Part shown: piece after piece, positions 25,626-34,869 of the stretch | Layout: each line of letters starts with the position of its first letter | Numbering within the stretch: the first letter of the stretch is position 1 | Source of the DNA: an uncultured Ruminococcus sp. | GTDB taxonomy: Bacteria; Bacillota; Clostridia; Oscillospirales; Ruminococcaceae | Length of the DNA stretch: 64,000 nucleotides | Assembly: GCA_902787365.1 (NCBI GenBank) | Contig: CADAGC010000013.1 | Location: 2,893-66,892 of the forward strand | Direction: 5' to 3' | Position numbers and translations under genes: made by a program | Notes under the pieces: generated by a model | Databases searched by the model: none | The model's input: the letters and a program-made list of their open reading frames with translations, nothing else | Told to the model about the DNA's origin: nothing

Positions 25626-26354
25626 ATGACTTTTGATGTTTTTGAATATTCAAACAAGGGCGGCCGTGACTACAATGAGGACAGCATAGGCAGCCGATAT
25701 GATGAAAACGGCGGCATATTCGTGGTGGCTGACGGCCTCGGAGGGCACAGCTTAGGCGAGGTGGCCTCTGAATGTGTGGTAAGCACCCTTGTTGACGGCT
25801 TTGCAGGGCTTGGTGATGACCCTGTGGCGCAGATAAGGCTTTTGATAAAGGCCGCCAATGACAACGTGCTTGCTCTTCAGGCGCAGAGAAACACCGTGAT
25901 GAAAAGCACGGCGGCTGTGCTGGCGATAAGCGGCGGCAAGGCATTTATCGCAAACACGGGGGATTCGAGGGTGTATTATTTCCACGAGGGCAGGATAGCT
26001 GCCTACACCGAGGATCACTCTGTAGCCTACAAAAAATACAAATCGGGCGAGATAACCCGTGAAGAGATCTGCGATGACGATGATCAGTCACGGCTTCTGC
26101 GTTCGCTGGGCAGCCCCGATAGGTTTGAGCCTGATATTACGGCTATCCCGGGCAATATCTGTGCGGGAGATGCTTTCCTGCTGTGCTCTGACGGCGCATG
26201 GGAGTATGTGCGTGATGACGAGATGCTCATAGATATGTTCAAGGCGGCGGATTCACAGCAATGGGCAGAGCTTATGCTGCTGCGGCTTATGGAGCGCATT
26301 GACGGGCAGAACGACAACGTGTCGATAATGACCGTAAGGGTATTGCAGGAATAA
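25626..26354 (+). CDS. PP2C family Ser/Thr phosphatase (2)
   Basis: RDYNEDS, VADGLGGHSLGEVASE, LCSDGAWE, DNVSIM. Confidence 0.85.
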   Translation: MTFDVFEYSNKGGRDYNEDSIGSRYDENGGIFVVADGLGGHSLGEVASECVVSTLVDGFAGLGDDPVAQIRLLIKAANDNVLALQAQRNTVMKSTAAVLAISGGKAFIANTGDSRVYYFHEGRIAAYTEDHSVAYKKYKSGEITREEICDDDDQSRLLRSLGSPDRFEPDITAIPGNICAGDAFLLCSDGAWEYVRDDEMLIDMFKAADSQQWAELMLLRLMERIDGQNDNVSIMTVRVLQE

Positions 26355-26371
26355 TGGTGAATACTAACAAA

Positions 26372-26398
26372 AGAGCGGCTTTCGGGCTGCTCTTTTTT
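26372..26398 (+). terminator. rho-independent terminator of the kinase operon
   Basis: AGAGCGGC-tttcgg-GCTGCTCT followed by TTTTT. Confidence 0.7.
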
Positions 26399-26431
26399 GT
26401 TTCGCTCATTGTTAATAATCTGTTTCATTCG

Positions 26432-26460
26432 TTGACAACTGTGTGAAAATGTGGTATAAT
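26432..26460 (+). promoter_or_regulatory. promoter for trkA-trkH
   Basis: TTGACA (26432-26437), 17 nt, TGgTATAAT (26452-26460). Confidence 0.7.
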
Positions 26461-26525
26461 ACTATGTTGTATATATTTTACGACTGCTATTTTTGACAGC
26501 TTTTTTTGCTGAAAGGAACAAGTAT

Positions 26526-26975
26526 ATGAAAGTAGTTATCATCGGCAACGGTAAAGTGGGCGGAAACCTCGCATCTACGCTTGCAGAGGAAGGCCACAGC
26601 ATAACCGTGGTGGATATCAAGGCAGAAAACCTTAAAAGAATACAGAACACCCAGGACGTTATGACTATCGAGGGCAACGGCGCTACGATAGACGTTCAGC
26701 GTGAGGCGGGCGTGGGCAAGGCAGGGCTTCTGATTGCCACTACCCCCTATGACGAGCTGAATATGCTCTGCTGCCTGCTCGCAAAGCGTTTGGGGTGCAA
26801 AAAGACCATATCAAGAGTAAGAAACCCTGCATACTACAGCCAGATAGACCTTGTAAAGGAAGAGTTGGGGCTTTCAATGGTAATAAACCCCGAGCTGACC
26901 ACGGCGGAGGAGTTTGCAAGAGTTCTCATCTTCCCGACGGCTGCAAAGGTCGAGGTGTTTGAAAGGGCAGGATAG
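26526..26975 (+). CDS. trkA: Trk potassium uptake protein TrkA, N-terminal fragment (frameshifted gene)
   Basis: MKVVIIGNGKVGGNLASTLAEEGHSITVVD Rossmann (RCK_N) domain. The ORF ends at TAG 26973-26975, only because of a frame change near 26962. Confidence 0.85.
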   Translation: MKVVIIGNGKVGGNLASTLAEEGHSITVVDIKAENLKRIQNTQDVMTIEGNGATIDVQREAGVGKAGLLIATTPYDELNMLCCLLAKRLGCKKTISRVRNPAYYSQIDLVKEELGLSMVINPELTTAEEFARVLIFPTAAKVEVFERAG

Positions 26976-27883
26976 AGCTGGTTGAGCACAGGCTTGCTGA
27001 GGATTCAACGCTTGACGGGCTTTCACTTGCTGAGATATACAAGAGGACCAACATAAGATTCCTTATCTGCGCCGTGCAGAGGGATTCAAAGATATTCGTG
27101 CCTACGGGCGATTTCATACTGCGTGCAGGCGACAGGATAAATATTGCCGCATCACACAAAGACCTGGAGCGCTTCTTCAGAATGTGCGGCGCTCTTAAGG
27201 ACAAGATAAAGAGCGTTATGATAGTGGGCGGCGGCAAGATATGCTACTACCTTTCACGTCAGCTGCTCTCTCTCGGTATGAGGGTAAAGATAATCGAGCA
27301 GAACTACGAGCGCTGCAAGGAGCTTGCCGAGCTTCTGCCCAAGGCCTACGTTATACACGGCGATGGCACCGATCAGGAGCTTTTGCAGGAGGAGGGCATT
27401 GATGATGCCGATTCCTTCGTAGCGATAACGGGCATAGATGAGGAAAACATCATCATGTCGCTTTACGCCAAGATGAACACGGGCGCAAAAGTCGTAACAA
27501 AGGTAAACCGTGACAGCTACGTTGACCTTGCTTCGCAGATAGGCCTTGACACCATAATATCGCCCAAATACATAACCACGAGCAATATTTTAAGCTATGT
27601 ACGAAGCCAGAGTGCGGCGCTTGATTCAAACATCGAGTCGCTGTATCACCTTGTTTCCAATAAGGTCGAGGCGATAGAGTTCAAGGTGCGTGAAAATATT
27701 CCCGGAGTTGTGGGCATAAAGCTTGCATCTATGGCTTTGAAGAAAAATATCCTTATATGCGCTATCGTGAGAAAGCGTGATATCATCATACCGAGCGGTA
27801 TGGATACTATCGAGATAGGCGACAGCGTAGTTGTAGTATGCAAGGAGCACCGTATATCGGAGCTCAAGGATATTCTTGAATAA
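26963..27883 (+). CDS. trkA: TrkA, C-terminal fragment (RCK_C, second RCK_N, RCK_C)
   Basis: Frame 2 is open from 26963 (KGRIELVEHRLAEDSTLDGLSLAEIY...), then SVMIVGGGKICYYLSRQL. The tracked ORF starts only at the internal ATG 27074. Confidence 0.85.
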   Translation, partial: KGRIELVEHRLAEDSTLDGLSLAEIYKRTNIRFLICAVQRDSKIFVPTGDFILRAGDRINIAASHKDLERFFRMCGALKDKIKSVMIVGGGKICYYLSRQLLSLGMRVKIIEQNYERCKELAELLPKAYVIHGDGTDQELLQEEGIDDADSFVAITGIDEENIIMSLYAKMNTGAKVVTKVNRDSYVDLASQIGLDTIISPKYITTSNILSYVRSQSAALDSNIESLYHLVSNKVEAIEFKVRENIPGVVGIKLASMALKKNILICAIVRKRDIIIPSGMDTIEIGDSVVVVCKEHRISELKDILE

Positions 27884-27900
27884 ATAACGGAGGAAGTCCG

Positions 27901-29346
27901 GTGAACAAACAACTTGTTTTTCATTATATTTCAAAGATACTGCTTTTAGGCTCGCTGTTGTTTTTGATACCTATGGCTGTGAGCCTGTATTATCATGAGA
28001 ATGACACGGCAAAGATATTTCTGATAGTCGGCATATGCACCGCCATAGCAGGCGTGCCGCTGACAGTCATCAAGCCTAAGAACAGGCATATGTATGATAG
28101 AGAGGCGCTGGTTATCGTGGCGCTGATGTGGGTGGTCTACCCGATAGTGGGGGCTTTGCCTTTCTATCTAAGCGGCGAGATACCGCACTTTATTGATGCT
28201 GTGTTTGAGAGCGTTTCGGGCTTTACCACTACAGGCTCGACGATACTTACAGACGTTGAGGCGCTCTCACGAGGTATGCTCTTTTACAGAAGCCTTACCC
28301 ACTGGGTAGGCGGTATGGGCGTTCTCGTGCTGGCTATAGCCATACTTCCGTCATCGAACGATGCGCTGACTCTTATGAGAGCAGAGTGTGCAGGCCCGCA
28401 GGTCGGCAAGATAGTTCCCAAGGGCAAGTGGTCGGCTTTATATCTGTATATAATCTATGCAGTACTCACGGCTATAACCATAATACTTCTCGTGATATGC
28501 GATATGCCGCTGTTTGACAGCGTATGCCACGCTATGGGTACGGCAGGCACAGGCGGCTTCGGCATAAAGAATGACGGCATAGCCTACTACAACTCGGCGT
28601 CAATAGATGCTGTTATAACAATAATGATGGCGATGTTCGGCGTCAACTTCTCGCTTTACTACTTCATTCTGGCAAGGCGTCTGGGCGATGTCTGGAAAAA
28701 CACCGAGATAAAGGTATATGTAGGCATCATGGCAGTTGCCACAGGCCTTATCATGATAGACATAGCACCCATTTATCACAGCTTCAACAAGTGTCTGCGT
28801 TATGCGGGCTTCCAGGTGTCGTCGATAATGACATCTACAGGCTACGCAACGGCTGACTTTACCGAGTGGCCGGGCTTTTCGCAGATGATACTGGTCATTC
28901 TTATGTTCATCGGTGCCTGCGGCGGCTCAACAGGCGGCGGCTTCAAGGTGGCAAGGGTGATAATCCTCTTCAAAAACTCGCTGAGGACTATAAGAAAAAT
29001 GCTTCGCCCCAACTCGGTCAACGTGGTAAAGAGCGACTCGAAGACTATGGACGTTCAGATAGTTCACGGCGTACAGAATTATCTGTCGATATACATAGGC
29101 CTTATGGTAGTATCGCTGATAGTCGTTGCTACAGATAATGTCGATTTCTCGACTACCTTTACATCGGTGGCTACCACCATAAACAACATAGGCCCCGGCC
29201 TTAACAAGGTAGGCCCTATCGAGAATTTCTCGTTCTATTCCGATGTTTCAAAGGTAACACTTACCCTTGATATGCTTCTGGGAAGACTTGAATGTATGCC
29301 CATGCTGATACTCTTCTCACCCTCGGTATGGAGGAAGAATTTCTAA
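27901..29346 (+). CDS. trkH: TrkH family potassium uptake protein
   Basis: Polytopic membrane protein with SGFTTTGST and MTSTGYAT selectivity-filter-like motifs. GTG start after a GGAGG SD. Confidence 0.85.
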   Translation: MNKQLVFHYISKILLLGSLLFLIPMAVSLYYHENDTAKIFLIVGICTAIAGVPLTVIKPKNRHMYDREALVIVALMWVVYPIVGALPFYLSGEIPHFIDAVFESVSGFTTTGSTILTDVEALSRGMLFYRSLTHWVGGMGVLVLAIAILPSSNDALTLMRAECAGPQVGKIVPKGKWSALYLYIIYAVLTAITIILLVICDMPLFDSVCHAMGTAGTGGFGIKNDGIAYYNSASIDAVITIMMAMFGVNFSLYYFILARRLGDVWKNTEIKVYVGIMAVATGLIMIDIAPIYHSFNKCLRYAGFQVSSIMTSTGYATADFTEWPGFSQMILVILMFIGACGGSTGGGFKVARVIILFKNSLRTIRKMLRPNSVNVVKSDSKTMDVQIVHGVQNYLSIYIGLMVVSLIVVATDNVDFSTTFTSVATTINNIGPGLNKVGPIENFSFYSDVSKVTLTLDMLLGRLECMPMLILFSPSVWRKNF

Positions 29347-29381
29347 GTCAGAGGTAAGACGTCAGATATAAGAGATAAGAT

Positions 29382-29409
29382 AAGCCGTCCCGAAAGGGGC
29401 GGCTTTTTT
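29382..29409 (+). terminator. rho-independent terminator after trkH
   Basis: AAGCCGTCCC-gaaa-GGGGCGGCTT followed by TTTT. Confidence 0.75.
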
Positions 29410-29464
29410 GGCGTTGGAATCGGTAAGATAAACACCCGTGGTAAATATTTTTTTGTAAAACCTC

Positions 29465-29493
29465 TTGACAAACTTATGAGGCTATGTTATACT
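29465..29493 (+). promoter_or_regulatory. promoter of the GntR/ABC operon
   Basis: TTGACA (29465-29470), 17 nt, TATACT (29488-29493). Confidence 0.65.
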
Positions 29494-29496
29494 GTA

Positions 29497-29521
29497 AGTG
29501 TACTACAGGAGATAGTACACT
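29497..29521 (+). promoter_or_regulatory. inverted-repeat operator candidate (YtrA-type autoregulation)
   Basis: AGTGTACTA-caggaga-TAGTACACT, a perfect 9-bp inverted repeat immediately downstream of the -10 box. Confidence 0.6.
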
Positions 29522-29606
29522 TAATACACATAATGCACTACACAGAAAAAGAGAAAGCAGACAACAAAACAAAGGGCGATGCCCGAAACAAAGGAGGCGT
29601 AAAAGC

Positions 29607-29981
29607 TTGATAACCATTGACATCAGAAGCCGTACACCGATCTACGAGCAGATATATAAAAGCGTGTGTGCTGACATAGCAAAGGGCATACTGCGTGAGG
29701 ACGACAAGCTGCCCGGGGCGAGGACGCTCGCCAAGGAGCTTGGGCTGAACCCGAACACGGTCGCCAAGGCCTACTCAATGCTCGAGCGTGACGGGATAAT
29801 CTATTCCGCAGCGGGCAGGGGGTGCTTTGTGGCGAGCCAGAAAGCAAGCAGCGCCCACAAACGCCTTGAAGACGAGCTTAAAGGCAAGCTTGCCGAGGCG
29901 CTTGCAAGCGGTTTGTCAAAAGAGCGCATAACCGAGCTTCTTGATGAGGCAGAGATGATGAATAAGGAGAGAGAACAATGA
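29607..29981 (+). CDS. GntR family transcriptional regulator, YtrA subfamily (short)
   Basis: TTG start 9 nt after AAAGGAGG. PIYEQIYKSVCADIAKGILREDDKLPGARTLAKELGLNPNTVAKAYSMLERDGIIYSAAGRGCFV winged HTH. About 124 aa with a short helical tail. Confidence 0.8.
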   Translation: MITIDIRSRTPIYEQIYKSVCADIAKGILREDDKLPGARTLAKELGLNPNTVAKAYSMLERDGIIYSAAGRGCFVASQKASSAHKRLEDELKGKLAEALASGLSKERITELLDEAEMMNKEREQ

Positions 29982-30892
29982 TCGAGATAAAAGATTTAAA
30001 CCTTACACTTGGAAACAACAAGGTGCTTGATAATATATCGCTTAATGTGGAAAAGGGCAGCGTGTTCGGCTTTTTAGGTTCGAACGGTGCGGGCAAATCC
30101 ACCCTTATGCGCTGCATATGCGGCGTATATAAGCCCACCTCGGGCAGCGTGTCGATAGACGGGCAGGAGGTTTACGACAACGCCGAGGCAAAGGCTAAGA
30201 TATTCTTTGTAAATGACGAAACGATACAGTACACCTCGTTCACGCTCGGTCAGCTGAAAGAATACTACAAGAGCTATTATGTGGATTTCAGCGAGGAGAC
30301 GTTTGAGCGGCTTTTATCAAAGGTAAATCTGCCCCTTGACAAGAAGCTTTCGTCTTTCTCAAAGGGCATGAAAAGGCAGGCTATCGTGATAATCGCCCTT
30401 GCCTGCAAGACTGATTATCTTATGCTTGATGAGGCATTTGACGGGCTTGACCCTGCTATGAGAATGGCAGTCAAGAACATGATAACAGACGAGCTGTGCG
30501 ACAGAGATGCGGCCGTGATAGTATCATCACACAACATAGCCGAGATAAGCGAGATATGTGACAGGGCTATGATGATATACGGCGGCAAGCTGCTGTTCTC
30601 TGACGAGCTTGACAACATAACGGGCGGCTTTTGCAAGCTTCAGCTTGTGTTCAAGGGTGATGTGCCTGCCGAGAGCAGCATAAAGCTTGCTGTGCCGGGG
30701 GTTATGAAGATAAGCGCTTCAGGCAGCATAGTAACTATCATAACAGCCGACTCCGAGGAGGAGGCAAGGGCGCAGGCGGCAGCGCTTTCACCCGATATGG
30801 TGGAGAGCGTTCCGCTGACCCTCGAAGAGGTATTTATATATGAAATGGAGGCGAGGGGCTATGCAGGTTTCATGGGCGAGATTGAAGAATAA
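29978..30892 (+). CDS. ABC transporter ATP-binding protein
   Basis: Walker A GSNGAGKST, signature-like FSKGMKRQ, Walker B LMLDEAFDGLD. Start overlaps the GntR stop. Confidence 0.9.
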   Translation: MIEIKDLNLTLGNNKVLDNISLNVEKGSVFGFLGSNGAGKSTLMRCICGVYKPTSGSVSIDGQEVYDNAEAKAKIFFVNDETIQYTSFTLGQLKEYYKSYYVDFSEETFERLLSKVNLPLDKKLSSFSKGMKRQAIVIIALACKTDYLMLDEAFDGLDPAMRMAVKNMITDELCDRDAAVIVSSHNIAEISEICDRAMMIYGGKLLFSDELDNITGGFCKLQLVFKGDVPAESSIKLAVPGVMKISASGSIVTIITADSEEEARAQAAALSPDMVESVPLTLEEVFIYEMEARGYAGFMGEIEE

Positions 30893-32582
30893 TGTGCGTG
30901 CCGAAAAGCAGGCGTGTATTAAGATATATGAGATATTCGTGGTGATATGCATACTTGTAGTACCGATAACGGCGGTAACAAGAGATTCATCTATTTATGG
31001 AACACAATTCAAGATGTGCGACCTGCCGGGCGTGTGGCCTGTGATATTCGGCGCATTTGCGGTCATGACTATGGTGCTTACACACAAGCTGTTTCGTGAG
31101 ATGAATTCATCGACAGATGCAGACGTTATACTCTCGCTGCCGATGACCGCAAAGGAGAGGTATTTTTCAAAGGTGCTGACCCTTGCAAGGTGCATACTGC
31201 TGCCCTTTGTTATATCAATGGTGCTGTCAGCCTTTGCGTCATTCCTTTGCGACAAGTTCATTTTCGAGATTAAGAGCGCATCATTTACCTATTATTTCAA
31301 GGGTCTGTTTTTATATTATTCGCTGGGGCTTTGTGCTATAATGTTCTCGGCGGCGGTAAGCTTTCTTTGCTGCTCGTTTGCAAGCAGCAAGAGCGTTGCG
31401 GCGGTGACTACTTTATTTGTTGCTGCGGCGGCAGGGCTGCTGCCAAGGCTCATACTCGAAGGGCTTATTTTGACTAATGCAAATATATGCTTTGAGAGTG
31501 GCTACAGAGGTTATTTCGGCTATTACTGCTTCGGTCTTTCACCCTTTGACAGATTGATTAATGATGAGAATACCGTACTTTTGACGTTTGACTATTCAAG
31601 GCTGTTAGGCGGCGTGTGGGTAAATATCCTGCTCTCGGCTATCGTGCTGCCATTAGGCTTTATAGTCTACAAAAAGCGTGACAAGAGCACACTTACCCAT
31701 AATGTCTATGCCAAGCCCTTTATGCTGGGCGTTATGTCGCTGGTGGCGATATTTGCGATAATGTACGGCATTGAGGCAGATATAGCTTACGTGCCCTACG
31801 CTATGCTGTTTGCAGGCTGTGCGGTGTTTGCGCTTGTTTTCAAGAGAATGGGCTTTAAAATCAAAGAAAACCTCGGCTGGCTGATAGGCTATGCAGGCGT
31901 GATAGCGGGCTTTATGGCGATATGCGCCATAGCATATTTCACCGAGGGCTTCGGGCTGCCCAAGCGCCCCCTTGACCTTGTGGGCAGAAACTATTGTGTC
32001 AATGTCAGCTTTGCTCAGAAAGATGAATTCGGCAGGCCAAGATGGGATCTTTTGAACATTGAAGATGTCGATATGTCAGAGCTTGATAGCATAGTTGCCG
32101 ATGTATCAGAGATTTGTGAAGGCTCTAAGAACTTTTACAACTTCTGCGAGTATTCAGGGCTTGTTTCAAAGGAATCATCACAGGATTACATCTATGTGAC
32201 TAATGACAATGATAATCTTGCAGACTCAAGGTATTATTACAATCCCTACGGTTATGAAGCTATAGAAATAAGCATAAGAGCTTACTATACCGCAGAAGAG
32301 TGGGACAAAATGGTAGGCAATGATGAGGATCTGGCCGCAAATCATATAGAGTTTATCACTCTGACGATGTATATAAAGAATAGTGATTTTGAAAAGATAG
32401 AAACAATGATGAAGCAAAAACACAGAGCACTTGATTATGACGAGTATGAAAGAGTTATCCTGAAAAGAAACAACCCCGAAATGACCGATGAAGAGATAGA
32501 TGCGCTTATCGAAAAGATACATCGCAGTCACGAAGAAGAGCAGGAAGAATACGACCCCGAGGAGGAGGATACAGATGAATAA
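30861..32582 (+). CDS. putative ABC exporter permease with C-terminal soluble domain (paralog 1)
   Basis: About 10 TM helices. DADVILSLPMTAKERYFSKVLTLA motif is shared with the next gene. ~190-aa soluble C-terminus ending in an acidic tail. The SD GGAGGCGAGGGG favours ATG 30861. Confidence 0.6.
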   Translation: MQVSWARLKNNVRAEKQACIKIYEIFVVICILVVPITAVTRDSSIYGTQFKMCDLPGVWPVIFGAFAVMTMVLTHKLFREMNSSTDADVILSLPMTAKERYFSKVLTLARCILLPFVISMVLSAFASFLCDKFIFEIKSASFTYYFKGLFLYYSLGLCAIMFSAAVSFLCCSFASSKSVAAVTTLFVAAAAGLLPRLILEGLILTNANICFESGYRGYFGYYCFGLSPFDRLINDENTVLLTFDYSRLLGGVWVNILLSAIVLPLGFIVYKKRDKSTLTHNVYAKPFMLGVMSLVAIFAIMYGIEADIAYVPYAMLFAGCAVFALVFKRMGFKIKENLGWLIGYAGVIAGFMAICAIAYFTEGFGLPKRPLDLVGRNYCVNVSFAQKDEFGRPRWDLLNIEDVDMSELDSIVADVSEICEGSKNFYNFCEYSGLVSKESSQDYIYVTNDNDNLADSRYYYNPYGYEAIEISIRAYYTAEEWDKMVGNDEDLAANHIEFITLTMYIKNSDFEKIETMMKQKHRALDYDEYERVILKRNNPEMTDEEIDALIEKIHRSHEEEQEEYDPEEEDTDE

Positions 32583-33987
32583 AGCGTTTATGCGGCATTT
32601 AAAGGCAGAGCTAATCTTACATAAAAACTCTGTGATGCTCATGCTGGGCCTTTATGCGCTGATACCCCTGTCTTATCTGATATCACGGGAGTTTTATTTT
32701 CTCGATTTTGAGGATTTTGATACACCAAAGCTTTCGCTGGTGGTATATATAGTGACGCTGATATTGGCAGTACTTTTCAGCACGTCGCTTTTCGGTGAGT
32801 GCCAGAGGGAAGAGAAAGCCGATGTGGCATTCTCGCTCCCCATAAGTGCAAAGAGCCGCTTTTTAGTAAAGCTGACTATGGCGGCAGGCGTTATGGTGAT
32901 ACCCTATATACTGGGTATGCTCATAATACTGCTTACAGCCCTTATCTATTCGGGCATACACGGCTACACTACCGATATCATACACGGCTGGGCGCTGTTT
33001 GCCGCAGCAGGGCTTGCAGGGCTTGTGTTTACTATCGCATTCAGCTTTTTATGCAGCACCTTTACATCATCACTTGCGGGCGCAAGGGCTGTGACCTGTA
33101 TCGGCAGCATAGCATTGACGATACTGCCTATGTTAGCTTATGCGGTGATAATCCTCACCGCACATCTCGACATAGGAAACGATATACCGCTGTTTGCACA
33201 GGCCATTGGCTTTGGCGGATTGTATGCGATGGTCGAATATACACACAGCGGCTTCTTGGCAGAGTTTATTCTTGCAAATGGCTTGAATATAGCCATATCC
33301 TGTTTGATGATATTCATAGCCTATAAAGCATATTGTTCCCGTGAGAGAAAGAGCATATTCTCCTTTGCCCCTGCAAAGGGCTATATGCTGGTGTTTATGT
33401 TGATCTGCGGCGGGCTTGCTATGGCCTATACGATAGGCGAGACAGGCTTTCTGTCAGCAATTGCGATGGCCTTGGCTATCGCTGCGGTATATCTGCTCAT
33501 ACTCGTCAAAAAAGGCTTCGGCGCAAAGTGCTCTGTCAAGTGGGTATCGGGTCTGATAGCAGCAGAGGCGGTGTTTGCGGCAGTAATGCTCGTATCAATT
33601 ATGACCGAGGGCTTTGGTATGTCAAAGCTGCCCGAGACTGAATCGGAAAAATACAATATACAGGTTGATACCAGAGAGGATGATCACTGGGAATGGTGTG
33701 ACAATCTCAAAGAAAGCTACAGCATAGATGAAATGAAAAAGGTACACGAGATATTTGCTCGTTTTGAAAAATCATCGGGTTATGAGCCTGATCTCGGGCA
33801 GTTCGTACTTAAAGGAGTATACTCCGACGAACATATAGACAACGGGTATATGAGGATATATGTAACGACCGAAGTGATGGGTGAAAAAGAGAATAATACT
33901 TATATTGGTTTTGTTGATTCAGATTGCTATTACTACGTAAAAGGATCAGACTTGGAAAAGCTTGTAGCTGAGCTCAATGCTTTATAA
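32575..33987 (+). CDS. putative ABC exporter permease with C-terminal soluble domain (paralog 2)
   Basis: KADVAFSLPISAKSRFLVKLTMAA motif; similar TM layout. GGAGGAGG SD, and the ATG overlaps the previous stop by 8 nt. Confidence 0.6.
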   Translation: MNKAFMRHLKAELILHKNSVMLMLGLYALIPLSYLISREFYFLDFEDFDTPKLSLVVYIVTLILAVLFSTSLFGECQREEKADVAFSLPISAKSRFLVKLTMAAGVMVIPYILGMLIILLTALIYSGIHGYTTDIIHGWALFAAAGLAGLVFTIAFSFLCSTFTSSLAGARAVTCIGSIALTILPMLAYAVIILTAHLDIGNDIPLFAQAIGFGGLYAMVEYTHSGFLAEFILANGLNIAISCLMIFIAYKAYCSRERKSIFSFAPAKGYMLVFMLICGGLAMAYTIGETGFLSAIAMALAIAAVYLLILVKKGFGAKCSVKWVSGLIAAEAVFAAVMLVSIMTEGFGMSKLPETESEKYNIQVDTREDDHWEWCDNLKESYSIDEMKKVHEIFARFEKSSGYEPDLGQFVLKGVYSDEHIDNGYMRIYVTTEVMGEKENNTYIGFVDSDCYYYVKGSDLEKLVAELNAL

Positions 33988-33990
33988 AGA

Positions 33991-34025
33991 AAAATGCTGT
34001 ACGTAAAATCGTACAGCATTTTTTA
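33991..34025. terminator. bidirectional terminator
   Basis: ATGCTGTACG-taaaat-CGTACAGCAT flanked by an A-run and a T-run. Confidence 0.75.
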
Positions 34026-34041
34026 TAAGCTTTTTTGAATT

Positions 34042-34707
34042 TTATTTCATATTGTATCTCTCGGCGTAGTTTTCAATGGCGAAATACAGGTAGATATCGC
34101 CGTCAAGGTTTTCATCTCTTTTCATAGAGATAACGAGGTCTTTCGTTGTTCTTGTAAAGCCTACCTCTTTTAGCTTGCCGTGCACTACGGGCGTACATTC
34201 CTCATACCCCTCGGGCAGCTTGCCGTCGAAAGTTTTTAAGAATGTCTCAAAGATAGCGTCAGTCTCTTCCATGGTGAGCTTGTCAATCTTCTCGGTGTAT
34301 TTTTTGAGCTTGCCTTTTTCAAATGTAACAGTAGCGCTTATATCATACTCTTTTGGCAGCTTGACCCTGCCGCTTAGCATAGTGTCGGTCGTTCCGAGTG
34401 AGTATCTGGCGTAGGTCACTTTGCCATCTTCATCGTATTCGGCTGCGGTGTCTTTAGTCAGCTTGCCGCCTGTAACGTCGGTGAAGGTCTTTTCGTCCAT
34501 ACCGATAAAGTCGCTGCCGCCCTCGCCTATGAGAGGTGCCATAACATCGGGCGCTGTGACTACTACTGCCTTGTCTTCCTGTGAGCTGTCTTCCTGAGAC
34601 TGTAAAGCCGTGCCGCCGTTATCCGAGCTGCTGCCCTTGTCGGCGCAGGCTGTTAAAGCCCCTGCTGCGATAACGAGTGCTGTTAAGAATGCAAAAGTCT
34701 TTTTCAT
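34042..34707 (-). CDS. lipoprotein, function unknown
   Basis: MKKTFAFLTALVIAAGALTAC lipobox, followed by a Ser/Asp-rich linker. Confidence 0.7.
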   Translation of the reverse strand: MKKTFAFLTALVIAAGALTACADKGSSSDNGGTALQSQEDSSQEDKAVVVTAPDVMAPLIGEGGSDFIGMDEKTFTDVTGGKLTKDTAAEYDEDGKVTYARYSLGTTDTMLSGRVKLPKEYDISATVTFEKGKLKKYTEKIDKLTMEETDAIFETFLKTFDGKLPEGYEECTPVVHGKLKEVGFTRTTKDLVISMKRDENLDGDIYLYFAIENYAERYNMK

Positions 34708-34869
34708 ATCCGTCTCTCCTTTGGTCTGTGTGTTTTCTTAATTATATAATAAAATGCCGTCTGTGTCAATGGATTTGGAGAATATTTTTACATAAAGAAT
34801 GCACCCAAAGGGCATTAAATCGGGGTGTTACTAACGGAAGACTCAAAAATCTATAAGGAGAGATGAATC

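Noticed and set aside
26461-26525. c-di-AMP (ydaO-type) riboswitch in the trkA leader
   Set aside because: The leader is only ~60 nt, AT-rich, and lacks the conserved pseudo-symmetric ydaO helices.
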